A stretch of DNA of 64,000 nucleotides. It comes from a virus. The DNA is taken from IMG/VR virus record IMGVR_UViG_3300031221_000001, positions 31,138 to 95,137 of that record; one strand, written 5' to 3'. The translations under genes were made by a program, and so were the position numbers. How positions within the stretch are numbered: position 1 is the stretch's first letter; every line of letters begins with the position of its first letter. Below, in pieces: positions 1-8,730 of this stretch. The notes beneath the pieces are model-generated. The model did not search any database and was not told the origin of the DNA. It worked only from the letters and a program-made list of their open reading frames with translations.

Positions 1-1
1 T

Positions 2-88
2 GTGTTAGTTGATGACGTAGCTTATGCAAATGAAAATTTTACAAGCAAAGATGCTCATACCAATTACAGCGATACCACTTGCCCTTAA
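2..88 (+). CDS. 3' end of a CDS truncated by the window edge (...VLVDDVAYANENFTSKDAHTNYSDTTCP*)
   Basis: Open frame from base 2 to TAA at 86-88, followed by an A/T-rich spacer. Confidence 0.5.
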   Translation: MLVDDVAYANENFTSKDAHTNYSDTTCP

Positions 89-128
89 AATAAATAATAA
101 TAACAAGTAAATAAATAAATAAAAAATT

Positions 129-419
129 ATGAAACCAAATGCAATAGCAAGTCCAGACGTTTTTCATCAAGCGACAACAGGACAATACGGAATAGTCAAA
201 CTTATAACTGATGATGTTAGTGCTGATAAAGTAGATGATTCTAAAGTTAATTTTGCCTTCATTAAATCTGAAGAAGACAACAGCTCTTTTGCTTGTAAGC
301 TAAGGAGAGATTATGACGATGTGTTTACTTGGAACTTAGACAAAGGCGATGTAATACCTGGTCCTTTTTATGAAATCACAAAGGTCGTTGGCATCTTGGC
401 TTGCTATCCTACAAAATAA
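129..419 (+). CDS. Hypothetical protein
   Basis: 96 aa ORF with an A-rich leader; no recognisable motif. Confidence 0.7.
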   Translation: MKPNAIASPDVFHQATTGQYGIVKLITDDVSADKVDDSKVNFAFIKSEEDNSSFACKLRRDYDDVFTWNLDKGDVIPGPFYEITKVVGILACYPTK

Positions 420-425
420 ATTATT

Positions 426-584
426 ATGAAATTAGGAATGGGTTTAGGACTACATAAGCACAGGTTTAGAGGTGTTGGTGGAGATAGAACTCCCCCTAAC
501 AAAATGACTATTGAAAGTGTTGAGCTTACTAATGACACAACACCTCCTAATAAGATGACTATTGAATCTGTAGAATTAACTTAA
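426..584 (+). CDS. Small 52 aa protein with an internal duplication (DxTPPNKMTIESVELT x2), not in the ORF track
   Basis: ATG at 426, TAA at 582-584; MKLGMGLGLHKHRFRGVGGDRTPPNKMTIESVELTNDTTPPNKMTIESVELT; the repeat copies differ mostly at synonymous positions. Confidence 0.7.
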   Translation: MKLGMGLGLHKHRFRGVGGDRTPPNKMTIESVELTNDTTPPNKMTIESVELT

Positions 585-595
585 AAATAAATAAT

Positions 596-1618
596 ATGGT
601 ATTAAAAATAATAGCAAATTTAAACGGAGGTGACTTAGTTACTCTTGATAATGAACTAACATATAAAATATATGGTTCTGCTGATAACTATGCTTCACCA
701 ATAGCTACTTTAGGTAGTGCTATTAATGATAGTAAAGTAAGCGTTGCAAATGGAATTGTAACTATTGATAATGTTAACGTAGGAACTGAAGATGTTTTTA
801 AAATATCTTCTGTTGATGAGGCTGGAAATGAAGCTGAATTAAGTGATGCGATTTATAATATTGACCCACAAGCACAGGCACAAATAACACGTATTCAAAA
901 CGCTGGTGGTACTATTGAAGATGCTAATATAATTGATGCAGACATTAAATTTCTGAAATCAATAGGATTATTTGCAAATTTAAAATATGCAGTAGACCCT
1001 CGTGCTGGTATTATACAAAGAGTAGATGGTTCTGATATTTTTGCATCTAAGATATTTGATTACAGTGGTAGTGATGCAGATACAGCAAATGCTACAGGTT
1101 CAGAACAACCAAAAAAAGGTGTTCTAAACGGTGTTACTTCATTAGATTTTGATGGAGTAAACGACAGGCTTACAAATACAAATACCGTTAGTTTCCTTGC
1201 AGGTGAAGAAATGTTTTCTGTTGCTGTTTATGCACAGGATTTTGATAGTTCAGAAAAATACGGTTCTATAATAGACAAATTCAGCCTAAATGAGAGTGGA
1301 AAAGAATTTGCAAAATCAAGAGATGATATAGGAATTTTCGGAAATAGAATACCATACACTCCTTATCAAAACGTACAAATAATAGCTAGTGGTACAGTTG
1401 ACACAAATAATTTGTCAACAGGTTTTATTAATGGTTCTCAAATCGGACAAAAAACTGAAGTAGCTAATGCTGTAGGTAAAAGATTAGGAGTTAATAGAAA
1501 TGACTCATTTTATGCAAAAGCAAAATTTCAAAAGAATTGGGATTTTAACAAACTTCCTACAGAATCACAGGCTGCTGCAATTAATACTTATTTAACCAAT
1601 CAATTTAATATTTCTTAA
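596..1618 (+). CDS. Putative virion-associated lectin-like protein (FN3-like N-terminus plus LamG/concanavalin-like domain)
   Basis: SSVDEAGNE (FN3-type motif); LDFDGVNDRL and FINGSQIG patterns typical of LamG-like beta-sandwiches. Confidence 0.55.
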   Translation: MVLKIIANLNGGDLVTLDNELTYKIYGSADNYASPIATLGSAINDSKVSVANGIVTIDNVNVGTEDVFKISSVDEAGNEAELSDAIYNIDPQAQAQITRIQNAGGTIEDANIIDADIKFLKSIGLFANLKYAVDPRAGIIQRVDGSDIFASKIFDYSGSDADTANATGSEQPKKGVLNGVTSLDFDGVNDRLTNTNTVSFLAGEEMFSVAVYAQDFDSSEKYGSIIDKFSLNESGKEFAKSRDDIGIFGNRIPYTPYQNVQIIASGTVDTNNLSTGFINGSQIGQKTEVANAVGKRLGVNRNDSFYAKAKFQKNWDFNKLPTESQAAAINTYLTNQFNIS

Positions 1619-1620
1619 TT

Positions 1621-1824
1621 ATGTATTATAAAGGAACTAAATCGCAATGTGAAGATTATAACTTAGAGGTTTATAATGGCACAGAAAGCATGAAGCAAGA
1701 CCCCTTTACAACCTCTTACGCTTCAATTCAAGAAATAGAAGGACAGTTTTATATTTTGAAGCATAAAGATTTTGAAAGTAATATGGATGAAGTTAGTCAA
1801 GTCCCAAAAAAAACAGAAATATGA
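1621..1824 (+). CDS. Hypothetical protein
   Basis: 67 aa ORF, ATGA-coupled to the next gene. Confidence 0.65.
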   Translation: MYYKGTKSQCEDYNLEVYNGTESMKQDPFTTSYASIQEIEGQFYILKHKDFESNMDEVSQVPKKTEI

Positions 1825-2099
1825 AAAAATTTAAAGATTACCTAAAAAGAACACGCCACCACCTTCACGCTATTGTAGGCATAGCGGGCGGATTCCTAGC
1901 CTCTTTGTCACTTTCATGGGTTTGGCTAGGTTTTAGGAATTTAGAGGCTTTAGACAAGGCTATGTGGTTTCTCGCACCAGCTTTTATTATAGGTTTGATT
2001 TGGGAATGGAAACAGGGAAAAATTAATAAGTGGGATATTTTTGTGAGTGGTATAGCGATTTCTACAGGAGTATATTTAGGGGGAATTGTATTTAACTGA
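1821..2099 (+). CDS. Small membrane protein (VanZ/YfiM-like H...E..Q...D pattern)
   Basis: About 3 hydrophobic segments; HLHAIVG...GLIWEWKQ...DIFVSG. Confidence 0.6.
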   Translation: MKKFKDYLKRTRHHLHAIVGIAGGFLASLSLSWVWLGFRNLEALDKAMWFLAPAFIIGLIWEWKQGKINKWDIFVSGIAISTGVYLGGIVFN

Positions 2100-2136
2100 A
2101 TTGTAAAACATTTATTACAATAAATAAATATAAATT

Positions 2137-2478
2137 ATGAAGTTTTTTGACAAGATTATTAAAGAGAGATGGCACTTACACATTATTGTAGGGGAAGGTT
2201 TTGGATTTCTTCTATTTGTAGCATTTAGTTTGTTAGGATTTTATGATTCTACGAGATGGTGGGAAGAGATGGTTATTCAATTAGTTTTTGGAACTGTGTT
2301 TGGCTTGGCTTTTGAAATTATCCAGGACCACACTTCGGCGGTTTATTACAAGAAACTGGAGATACTCTACAAATTACAAATTTTCTCAAGAAATAAAATC
2401 GTAGAGAGCAAAGCAGATGCTTTCGCCACAGGCATTGGTTTTGCGGTCATTATTCCACTTATTTACATTTTTATTTAA
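2137..2478 (+). CDS. Small membrane protein, apparent paralog of 1821..2099
   Basis: HLHIIVG...GLAFEIIQ...DAFATG; same motif order as the upstream gene. Confidence 0.6.
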   Translation: MKFFDKIIKERWHLHIIVGEGFGFLLFVAFSLLGFYDSTRWWEEMVIQLVFGTVFGLAFEIIQDHTSAVYYKKLEILYKLQIFSRNKIVESKADAFATGIGFAVIIPLIYIFI

Positions 2479-2535
2479 TTTTATGAGTATATTGCTACAT
2501 AAGAGTCGTAATGAAGGCGAAAGTCACTAATATAA

Positions 2536-2572
2536 ACACTACATAGCCATTCGTCGGTAGGCAATGTAGTGT
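2536..2572. promoter_or_regulatory. Intergenic inverted repeat / stem-loop
   Basis: ACACTACAT (2536-2544) pairs with ATGTAGTGT (2564-2572), with an inner GCC/GGC pairing; no U-tract. Confidence 0.45.
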
Positions 2573-2607
2573 AAATGTATAATCGACAAAACCAAAATTA
2601 AAATCAA

Positions 2608-3006
2608 ATGAGTAAAGAAGACAGTAAAAAAGTAGAAGTAGAGATCAAGAATCTCTCAGAAGTGGAATTGAATGCGCACGAGTCAGGAAGAATTATCGTA
2701 ACAGAGACTGAAGACGGTCAGGTAACGATTTCAGCAAAGACTAAAGGAGCGGTGAATGTAACGTATTTAGTTGGATTACTGGAGGTAGCTAAAAACGACA
2801 TCCTCAATCGTCAAGAAGGAGACGAACATCAGCAAGAGACTGTTGATGTCGTTCTTGAAGAAATCGACTTTGAGATGGATGTCCAAGGACAACTAAAATC
2901 TCAAGGAAAGAAAGTAGGAGACACAATTCAGATGCCAGAGCAAATCGCTGAACTTAGGAACACAGCCAAATTACAGTTTGAAAAAAGTAAGAAGGTTAAC
3001 AAATAG
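2608..3006 (+). CDS. Hypothetical acidic protein
   Basis: 132 aa ORF followed by a terminator. Confidence 0.75.
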   Translation: MSKEDSKKVEVEIKNLSEVELNAHESGRIIVTETEDGQVTISAKTKGAVNVTYLVGLLEVAKNDILNRQEGDEHQQETVDVVLEEIDFEMDVQGQLKSQGKKVGDTIQMPEQIAELRNTAKLQFEKSKKVNK

Positions 3007-3025
3007 TAAAATCACGACAACAATT

Positions 3026-3060
3026 AAAAGTCCTACAGATTAACGTTTGTAGGACTTTTT
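3026..3060 (+). terminator. Rho-independent terminator (possibly bidirectional)
   Basis: AAAAGTCCTACA-loop-TGTAGGACTTTTT. Confidence 0.85.
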
Positions 3061-3061
3061 G

Positions 3062-3092
3062 TTGCATTAAACATATTGTTTAGTTATCTTTA
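3062..3092 (+). promoter_or_regulatory. Bacteroidota-type sigma70 promoter (-33 TTG, -7 TATCTTTA)
   Basis: TTG 3062-3064, 20 nt spacer, TATCTTTA 3085-3092; same geometry recurs at 37608, 45349 and 56570. Confidence 0.65.
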
Positions 3093-3113
3093 GTAAATAT
3101 TAAATCTAATGAT

Positions 3114-3545
3114 ATGGACAATAAGTATCGAGTACTAAAGGCATTGCAGAAGATAGAGCAATTACCACAAGACATACCTTCAGAAAAAGGATTGTCACAG
3201 ATATTCAAAGATCACGACTGTAAAAATTATGTGCGCTTAGCTAAGTATCTGGTGAACAATAAATATCTTGAAAGAAAAGGATCTCCTAAAACTAAATACG
3301 TTTACACTTGGAGATGTAGTCACAGACCGAACATAAAGATGGTTGAGTTAATAATCAAAGGAGTTAGTAAAGTCAATAAAATCCAGAATCGACAGTACAA
3401 TAAGTCGTCCAGAGCAAGTAGGCACCTATCGCCTAGCCAAGATTTTAGAATACAGATAGACCAACAAATCGATAAAGTTCAAAAAGAAATTGACGAAAGA
3501 AGATTAATTTTACAGGCATTAAATACATTAAGATCAGAACTATGA
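3114..3545 (+). CDS. Hypothetical basic protein, possibly winged-helix DNA-binding
   Basis: 143 aa, Lys/Arg-rich, with a C-terminal coiled coil. Confidence 0.65.
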   Translation: MDNKYRVLKALQKIEQLPQDIPSEKGLSQIFKDHDCKNYVRLAKYLVNNKYLERKGSPKTKYVYTWRCSHRPNIKMVELIIKGVSKVNKIQNRQYNKSSRASRHLSPSQDFRIQIDQQIDKVQKEIDERRLILQALNTLRSEL

Positions 3546-3853
3546 GAGAGCTAGAAAAACACAACCCTGACAGTCACAAACAGATCAAGCAGGCAGAAAT
3601 TAAGAAACAGCACAACCTACTAGGGTCATTCAAAAAAATTAGAGGACTAACACTGTTTCAAATGGATGTTACTACAGGAAAGATCTCCAAAGCAAAATTT
3701 GAACAACGGACCGTAGAATATGTTGGACAAAAAAAGCGAAACAAACTGATAGCAGAAGAGAACTGTCTGTATGTTCAAGCGTTGAATTTTAAGAACGCTA
3801 AAAAGAAGTTTACTAAGAAAGTTAAACAGCTAATAGCACAAAAACATGACTAA
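3542..3853 (+). CDS. Hypothetical protein
   Basis: 103 aa ORF with ATGA overlap. Confidence 0.7.
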   Translation: MRELEKHNPDSHKQIKQAEIKKQHNLLGSFKKIRGLTLFQMDVTTGKISKAKFEQRTVEYVGQKKRNKLIAEENCLYVQALNFKNAKKKFTKKVKQLIAQKHD

Positions 3854-4232
3854 ATTACACGCAATCGCCTTTGATCGGTATAAGAGTGAGCAGACTACTG
3901 AAGGAGTGATTTATAACATAGTGGATCAAGAGCACAACGTAATTGTCCAGTACTTTGTGTCGCATAAAGAATACACACTCCACGACATGTATATAGAGAA
4001 TCAATCTAGAGCACCAAGTAGTATGAAAAGAGCCTTGCAAAATTATCTCGATGATAGGTACGGTAAAGATTTGTGGAAGATCAAAACAGTATTTACAGGA
4101 ATGATGGTCAAGAGGAGTCAGAGGTTGAGGCAAATAACGTTCAATCGAGATTCGATAAGGCTAGTGTACAACATGACAGACAAGCAAGTAGAGACAGGTA
4201 AGGCGAATCAAAACTCACAAAACGGTTTTTAG
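3846..4232 (+). CDS. Hypothetical protein
   Basis: 128 aa ORF overlapping the upstream stop. Confidence 0.65.
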   Translation: MTKLHAIAFDRYKSEQTTEGVIYNIVDQEHNVIVQYFVSHKEYTLHDMYIENQSRAPSSMKRALQNYLDDRYGKDLWKIKTVFTGMMVKRSQRLRQITFNRDSIRLVYNMTDKQVETGKANQNSQNGF

Positions 4233-4243
4233 TTAACGATTAA

Positions 4244-4822
4244 TTGGTGAGCTTTAGAAAAATTATACACAACAATCTCATGGAAGACATTTCACAACAC
4301 ATAAAGGATAGACAGAACTTAATTAGAAACAACATTGGAGATAGTATTTCTAAAGGATCCTTTTCAGACGAATTTAGATATAACAGTAATGCAATTCCAA
4401 TATCTAAGACAGGGAAAGAAATCAAAGTCAAGCTAGAAGACGTTAAGCGAGGTTCAATAAATCGTTGCAACGATTTAGCGAATGAAATGAAAGATCTATT
4501 AGCCAAGTGCTCAACTGTGCCAACAGAAGAACCTTCTACATACGAGTTTCAAAAAATGAAAAGCAAGTTCGATGTCATCCCTAAAATGTTTTCATTCAAA
4601 CACGAAGAGATGAATGTGTCAGAAGGATCAATGGATCAGCCAAAACAAATGTCTTCTGAAGAAAAGGCTCAAAGAGAGTGCTGTCACATGTACAACGAAA
4701 AGGTATACAGCTACATTAATGCAAAAATTGATGCCTATGTAATTGATATAATGATTGACGGACTTAAAGATAGTCGCAACTACGACTTAACAATAACACA
4801 AGCAACTCATTTAGGATTTTAA
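4244..4822 (+). CDS. Hypothetical protein, putative head-internal protein (likely start ATG 4280)
   Basis: Upstream of portal; N-terminal leader ending in ISKG resembles the protease-site motif. Confidence 0.65.
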   Translation: MVSFRKIIHNNLMEDISQHIKDRQNLIRNNIGDSISKGSFSDEFRYNSNAIPISKTGKEIKVKLEDVKRGSINRCNDLANEMKDLLAKCSTVPTEEPSTYEFQKMKSKFDVIPKMFSFKHEEMNVSEGSMDQPKQMSSEEKAQRECCHMYNEKVYSYINAKIDAYVIDIMIDGLKDSRNYDLTITQATHLGF

Positions 4823-4824
4823 TT

Positions 4825-5130
4825 ATGGAGCACAAGATAAGAGAACATGCACAAGCAAAAGAAAACAACATTCACAGTCTATTGAAGAAGTCAATAGATC
4901 AATCAATGACTGAGCAGGAATTTACTGAAAAGTACGGATCAGGATATGAAGTATTTGCAAAATCTGACATTGCACAATTTGTACACGATGCAGTAGATAC
5001 AGAAGACATGTCTTTCGAAGATGCCGTGACTGAAGTTAAGACCTTAAATCCTGTATTGATCAAAGCAAACGGAATCGATGAACTTTCTACTCGATATGTT
5101 AGAAAAATTGAAGAAGAGAACCAACAATAA
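4825..5130 (+). CDS. Hypothetical protein, putative head-associated protein
   Basis: Directly upstream of portal; LKKS, FAKS and LIKA motifs. Confidence 0.65.
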   Translation: MEHKIREHAQAKENNIHSLLKKSIDQSMTEQEFTEKYGSGYEVFAKSDIAQFVHDAVDTEDMSFEDAVTEVKTLNPVLIKANGIDELSTRYVRKIEEENQQ

Positions 5131-5140
5131 ACGAAGCTAA

Positions 5141-6865
5141 ATGGAGTTTAATTACGTCTCTACGTCAACGCTAGGGGACTCAGATGATTCTAAAAAAGAA
5201 TCTATTAACGAGAACCAACTAGGCGATCAGCTAGATGCAATAAAAAAGTCACGCCATCAAATGGCAATAGATGAAGGTAGGGTGCTTGAAAGAGCATTCC
5301 AATCGTCAGATCCAGACATATTGCTCAAAGCAAACAGTCATTGGGAGGACGTTCAGCAACGAGAGGGGAGTGGTACGAAATCTGACTTAGTAGACCCTAA
5401 CGCATGGACCGATTCTGTAGGGTATAAAAGTAAGGCAGTCTCAATGTCTTACGGAATGCTTAGAAAAATGGCAATAACGCCAGTAATTAAAGCAATTATA
5501 AGTACAAGACAGACTCAAGTATCTGCGTTCTCATCTCCTCAAAAAAATAAGTACGAAACGGGATTTGTTGTAAGGAAAAAGAAAGAGTTTTATACTGAAG
5601 AAGAGCCCAAAGTTTCTAATTCAGACAAGCAAACAATAAAAAAGATCACTCAATTCATAATTAGTGGTGGAGAAAAATCTAACGCATGGCACGGAGACAG
5701 TTTTGATAGCTTTTTGAAGAAAGTTACCGCAGATTCGTTGACAATCGATCAGGGATGCTTTGAAGTTGTAAGAAACAGAAAGGGAATTCCAACAGAATAC
5801 TTAGCAGTCGATGGAGCTACCTTTAGAATAGCTGATAGCTATGACGACGACAAGTATAGTGAAGGATCTTCTACTAAAAGAGAAAAGATTAGAGGATATT
5901 ACCCTTCATACGTTCAAGTAATTGATGGGATAATCAAAAACGAATACTATCCGTGGGAACTGTGCTTCGGAATACGAAACACTACGACTGACATATATGC
6001 TAATGGCTACGGGAAAAGTGAAGTCGAGGAGCTAGTAAGCATAATCACATGGATGTTGTACGCAGATTCTTATAATGGTAAATTCTTTTCGCAAGGATCA
6101 AGTCCTAAAGGAATGATTAAAGTGTCTAAAGGAATGAACCGTAACAGACTTGCAGAATTTCGTCAACAATGGATATCAATGGTTGCTGGAGTACAGAATG
6201 CATGGAAAATGCCAATCATTGAAGCAGAAAAAATGGACTATATCGACTTGCAAAAAAGCAACACAGACATGCAATTTGCTCAATGGCAAGAATATTTGAT
6301 TAAAATTGCATGTGCGATATTCAAAATTGCTCCAGAAGAGGTAGGATTTAATTTAGGGAATGCATCTGGAGGCGGAGCAATGTTTGAAGGTAACGGAGAG
6401 GCTAAGATTAAATACTCTAGAGACAAAGGATTGAAGCCATTGCTCAAATCGATTGAATTCTGGATCAACAAATGGATCGTCAATGCAATCGATGAAGATT
6501 TTGAATTTAAGTTCGTTGGATTAGAGGTTGATACTGAAGAAGCTGAAGTGGAGTTGGATATCAAAAAAGTAGGCAGCTTTATGGGATTCAAAGAAGCTCG
6601 AAGAAAACACAACCTTCCAGAAGAGCTTGAAGAGGGAGACTTTACACTAAACCCACAATACATTCAAATGATTCAGTCAAGAGAAATGAAGGGAGAGCAA
6701 GAAGAAAACGGTCAAGCTGTTGAAGAAGAATTTGAAGAAGACTCATTGTGGGACAATTTAGAGACCGATGATGAAGTGATCAAATCAATGTTTACGTCAG
6801 AACAGTTATCAGGACATCAAAACAATCCTATGATGGCAGATGCATTTAAAATGTTAATGGAATAG
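5141..6865 (+). CDS. Portal protein
   Basis: YNGKFFSQGSSPKG, DMQFAQWQEYLIKIACAIFKIAPEEVGF and GLKPLLKSIEFWIN match HK97/Twort-type portal patterns; 574 aa. Confidence 0.9.
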   Translation: MEFNYVSTSTLGDSDDSKKESINENQLGDQLDAIKKSRHQMAIDEGRVLERAFQSSDPDILLKANSHWEDVQQREGSGTKSDLVDPNAWTDSVGYKSKAVSMSYGMLRKMAITPVIKAIISTRQTQVSAFSSPQKNKYETGFVVRKKKEFYTEEEPKVSNSDKQTIKKITQFIISGGEKSNAWHGDSFDSFLKKVTADSLTIDQGCFEVVRNRKGIPTEYLAVDGATFRIADSYDDDKYSEGSSTKREKIRGYYPSYVQVIDGIIKNEYYPWELCFGIRNTTTDIYANGYGKSEVEELVSIITWMLYADSYNGKFFSQGSSPKGMIKVSKGMNRNRLAEFRQQWISMVAGVQNAWKMPIIEAEKMDYIDLQKSNTDMQFAQWQEYLIKIACAIFKIAPEEVGFNLGNASGGGAMFEGNGEAKIKYSRDKGLKPLLKSIEFWINKWIVNAIDEDFEFKFVGLEVDTEEAEVELDIKKVGSFMGFKEARRKHNLPEELEEGDFTLNPQYIQMIQSREMKGEQEENGQAVEEEFEEDSLWDNLETDDEVIKSMFTSEQLSGHQNNPMMADAFKMLME

Positions 6866-6869
6866 CGCA

Positions 6870-7598
6870 ATGAAATCAATCAAAGATTACATACTAATTT
6901 TTATAATTGCAATGCTGGCAATCTTCTCTGGATATCAGTGGTGGAGAGCTAGTCAGGCTGATGACGTAATCAAAGATTACAAAAGGTACGTGATAGAACG
7001 CGACACCTTAATTGAAGTGTCTAAAGGACAGTACAAAAAGATAGTCGACGATACCAAGTCAATTAAAGAGTTAAATCAAACACTGAAAAATAGGAATGAG
7101 GAATTGTTTGAGGTGATAGAAGAACAGAATAAGGACATAGTTTCGCTAATTGAAATAACTCAATCATTCAAGTCGAAAACCGATACAGTCTATGTTGAAA
7201 GCGACAACTCTTTTGTAGACTATTATCCGTCAAAACAAGATCCGTTTGTACAGTACACCAGTAGATACGTTTCCAGTAATAAAAGAATCGGTGAATGGTC
7301 TCTTTCAGATATAAACATAGACTTAGTGATTAGCGAAAAGATGCCAGGACTATTTGAGGCAGATCTTAAAGGACCCTCTTTCTTAAAAATAAGCTCGCTG
7401 CAAGTAGAATCGTTGCCATTAGAAAACGTCAATCCAGATAATTTCGGATGGCTGTTGGGAGGATCGTTGGATTACAATTGGACAGATCAGTCCCCAGCAG
7501 TAGATTTGTATGGAGGAGTGCGTGTTAAGAAAACTAACATATTTCTTAAAGCAGGAACTGACGCAACTTTAGGAGTAGGACTAATTAAAGAGTTTTAA
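6870..7598 (+). CDS. Membrane-anchored coiled-coil protein with C-terminal amphipathic beta-strands (spanin-like candidate)
   Basis: N-terminal TM helix, coiled coil at about aa 55-95, Gly/aromatic beta-strands ending in Phe. Confidence 0.5.
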   Translation: MKSIKDYILIFIIAMLAIFSGYQWWRASQADDVIKDYKRYVIERDTLIEVSKGQYKKIVDDTKSIKELNQTLKNRNEELFEVIEEQNKDIVSLIEITQSFKSKTDTVYVESDNSFVDYYPSKQDPFVQYTSRYVSSNKRIGEWSLSDINIDLVISEKMPGLFEADLKGPSFLKISSLQVESLPLENVNPDNFGWLLGGSLDYNWTDQSPAVDLYGGVRVKKTNIFLKAGTDATLGVGLIKEF

Positions 7599-7600
7599 CG

Positions 7601-7738
7601 GTGGCTAAGCGATACAAAGACAAGCCTAGATACAAAGCAATCAATGGCTATGAGAAAGAGTTTAAGAAGCAGTTTTCTAGCGTTTTAAGCCTTGCACTGA
7701 AAGACGTCGAAAAGAAAATGTATCAAATGATAAAATAA
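7601..7738 (+). CDS. Small basic protein (45 aa), not in the ORF track
   Basis: GTG 7601 to TAA 7738; MAKRYKDKPRYKAINGYEKEFKKQFSSVLSLALKDVEKKMYQMIK fills the gap between neighbouring genes. Confidence 0.55.
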   Translation: MAKRYKDKPRYKAINGYEKEFKKQFSSVLSLALKDVEKKMYQMIK

Positions 7739-7764
7739 TTGTACTTTTATAAAAAAATAAATCG

Positions 7765-8730
7765 ATGGAAGAATTTAATGTTATAAAGCAAAACCTTCAA
7801 AGAAAATCTCAAATACTCAAGTCATTTGGATACGAAGATCCTGACACTATTGAAAAAGGAAAGGCTGCGAATGAGGGAGAAGAAAGAGAGTGGAATGGCA
7901 AAAAGTATAAGAAGACTGGAGGCAAGTGGATTCCAGTAACAGGAGATAAGAAAGGCAAAAGTGATGACGGTAAAGGCGACAAGTCTGCTAAAGACGATCA
8001 GAAGAAGATAAAAAAACCTGTACAATCAGGAGAGCCTGGAGAAGTGAGCAATCACGAAATCGCTCAGATGTCTTATATGAAAAAAGTGATGGATGAGAGT
8101 CCAGAAAGAGCTTATGAAATTTACCAAGAATTGTCACCAGAAGCACAATCAAAGATTCCTCAAGATGTAGTAAACAAGATTGTTGAATCTGGAATGAGTG
8201 AAGGAGAAGATCCTGCAGCAAAAGTGTTTGACGACGACAATAAAGGCAGTGAGCAGTCATTCAAGTATTCAGACGATATGAACAGCTTCAGAGAGTCGGT
8301 TCGTCGAATGAGAAAGATATATAATACGTTGACAGATGCGCTCGAAGACGAAGTTGTATTAGAGCAGTTAGGATACGATAAAGAAAGCGCTCAAGAAAAA
8401 ATTGGTAATATCTACAAGTGGATGGACGGTGCTAGAGAGCACAAAAAACAGTTAGAGAGCAACAAAAAACAGTTAGAGAGCAACAAAAAACAGTTAGAGA
8501 GCAACAAAAAACAGTTAGAGAGCAACAAAGTGAGCACTCCTGCTGAAGCAGCTAAAAGGTACGATGAGCTGAGACAGTCAATAGGACAGTCGATGCTTGA
8601 AGAGTTTACGAGTGAAGGAAACAGCGCTGAAGACGTAGATTGGTCATCGTTTGAAGATGAAATGAACGACAGAATTGCAGACATGTTAGGTGAAGAAGGA
8701 ATGGAGTTGTATGAAAAAAACTTCGAATAA
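7765..8730 (+). CDS. Putative head-internal (ejected) protein
   Basis: ILKS and IEKG leader motifs followed by GEEREWNGKKYKKTGGKW; lies in the head module; contains a KKQLESN tandem repeat. Confidence 0.6.
   Translation: MEEFNVIKQNLQRKSQILKSFGYEDPDTIEKGKAANEGEEREWNGKKYKKTGGKWIPVTGDKKGKSDDGKGDKSAKDDQKKIKKPVQSGEPGEVSNHEIAQMSYMKKVMDESPERAYEIYQELSPEAQSKIPQDVVNKIVESGMSEGEDPAAKVFDDDNKGSEQSFKYSDDMNSFRESVRRMRKIYNTLTDALEDEVVLEQLGYDKESAQEKIGNIYKWMDGAREHKKQLESNKKQLESNKKQLESNKKQLESNKVSTPAEAAKRYDELRQSIGQSMLEEFTSEGNSAEDVDWSSFEDEMNDRIADMLGEEGMELYEKNFE
8441..8529 (+). repeat. In-frame 21 bp tandem repeat (AACAAAAAACAGTTAGAGAGC) x ~4, encoding KKQLESN
   Basis: Perfect copies at 8461-8481, 8482-8502 and 8503-8523, plus flanking partial copies. 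Confidence 0.95.

Noticed and set aside
8441-8529. CRISPR-like array
   Set aside because: Contiguous in-frame repeats with no spacers; no cas genes in the window.
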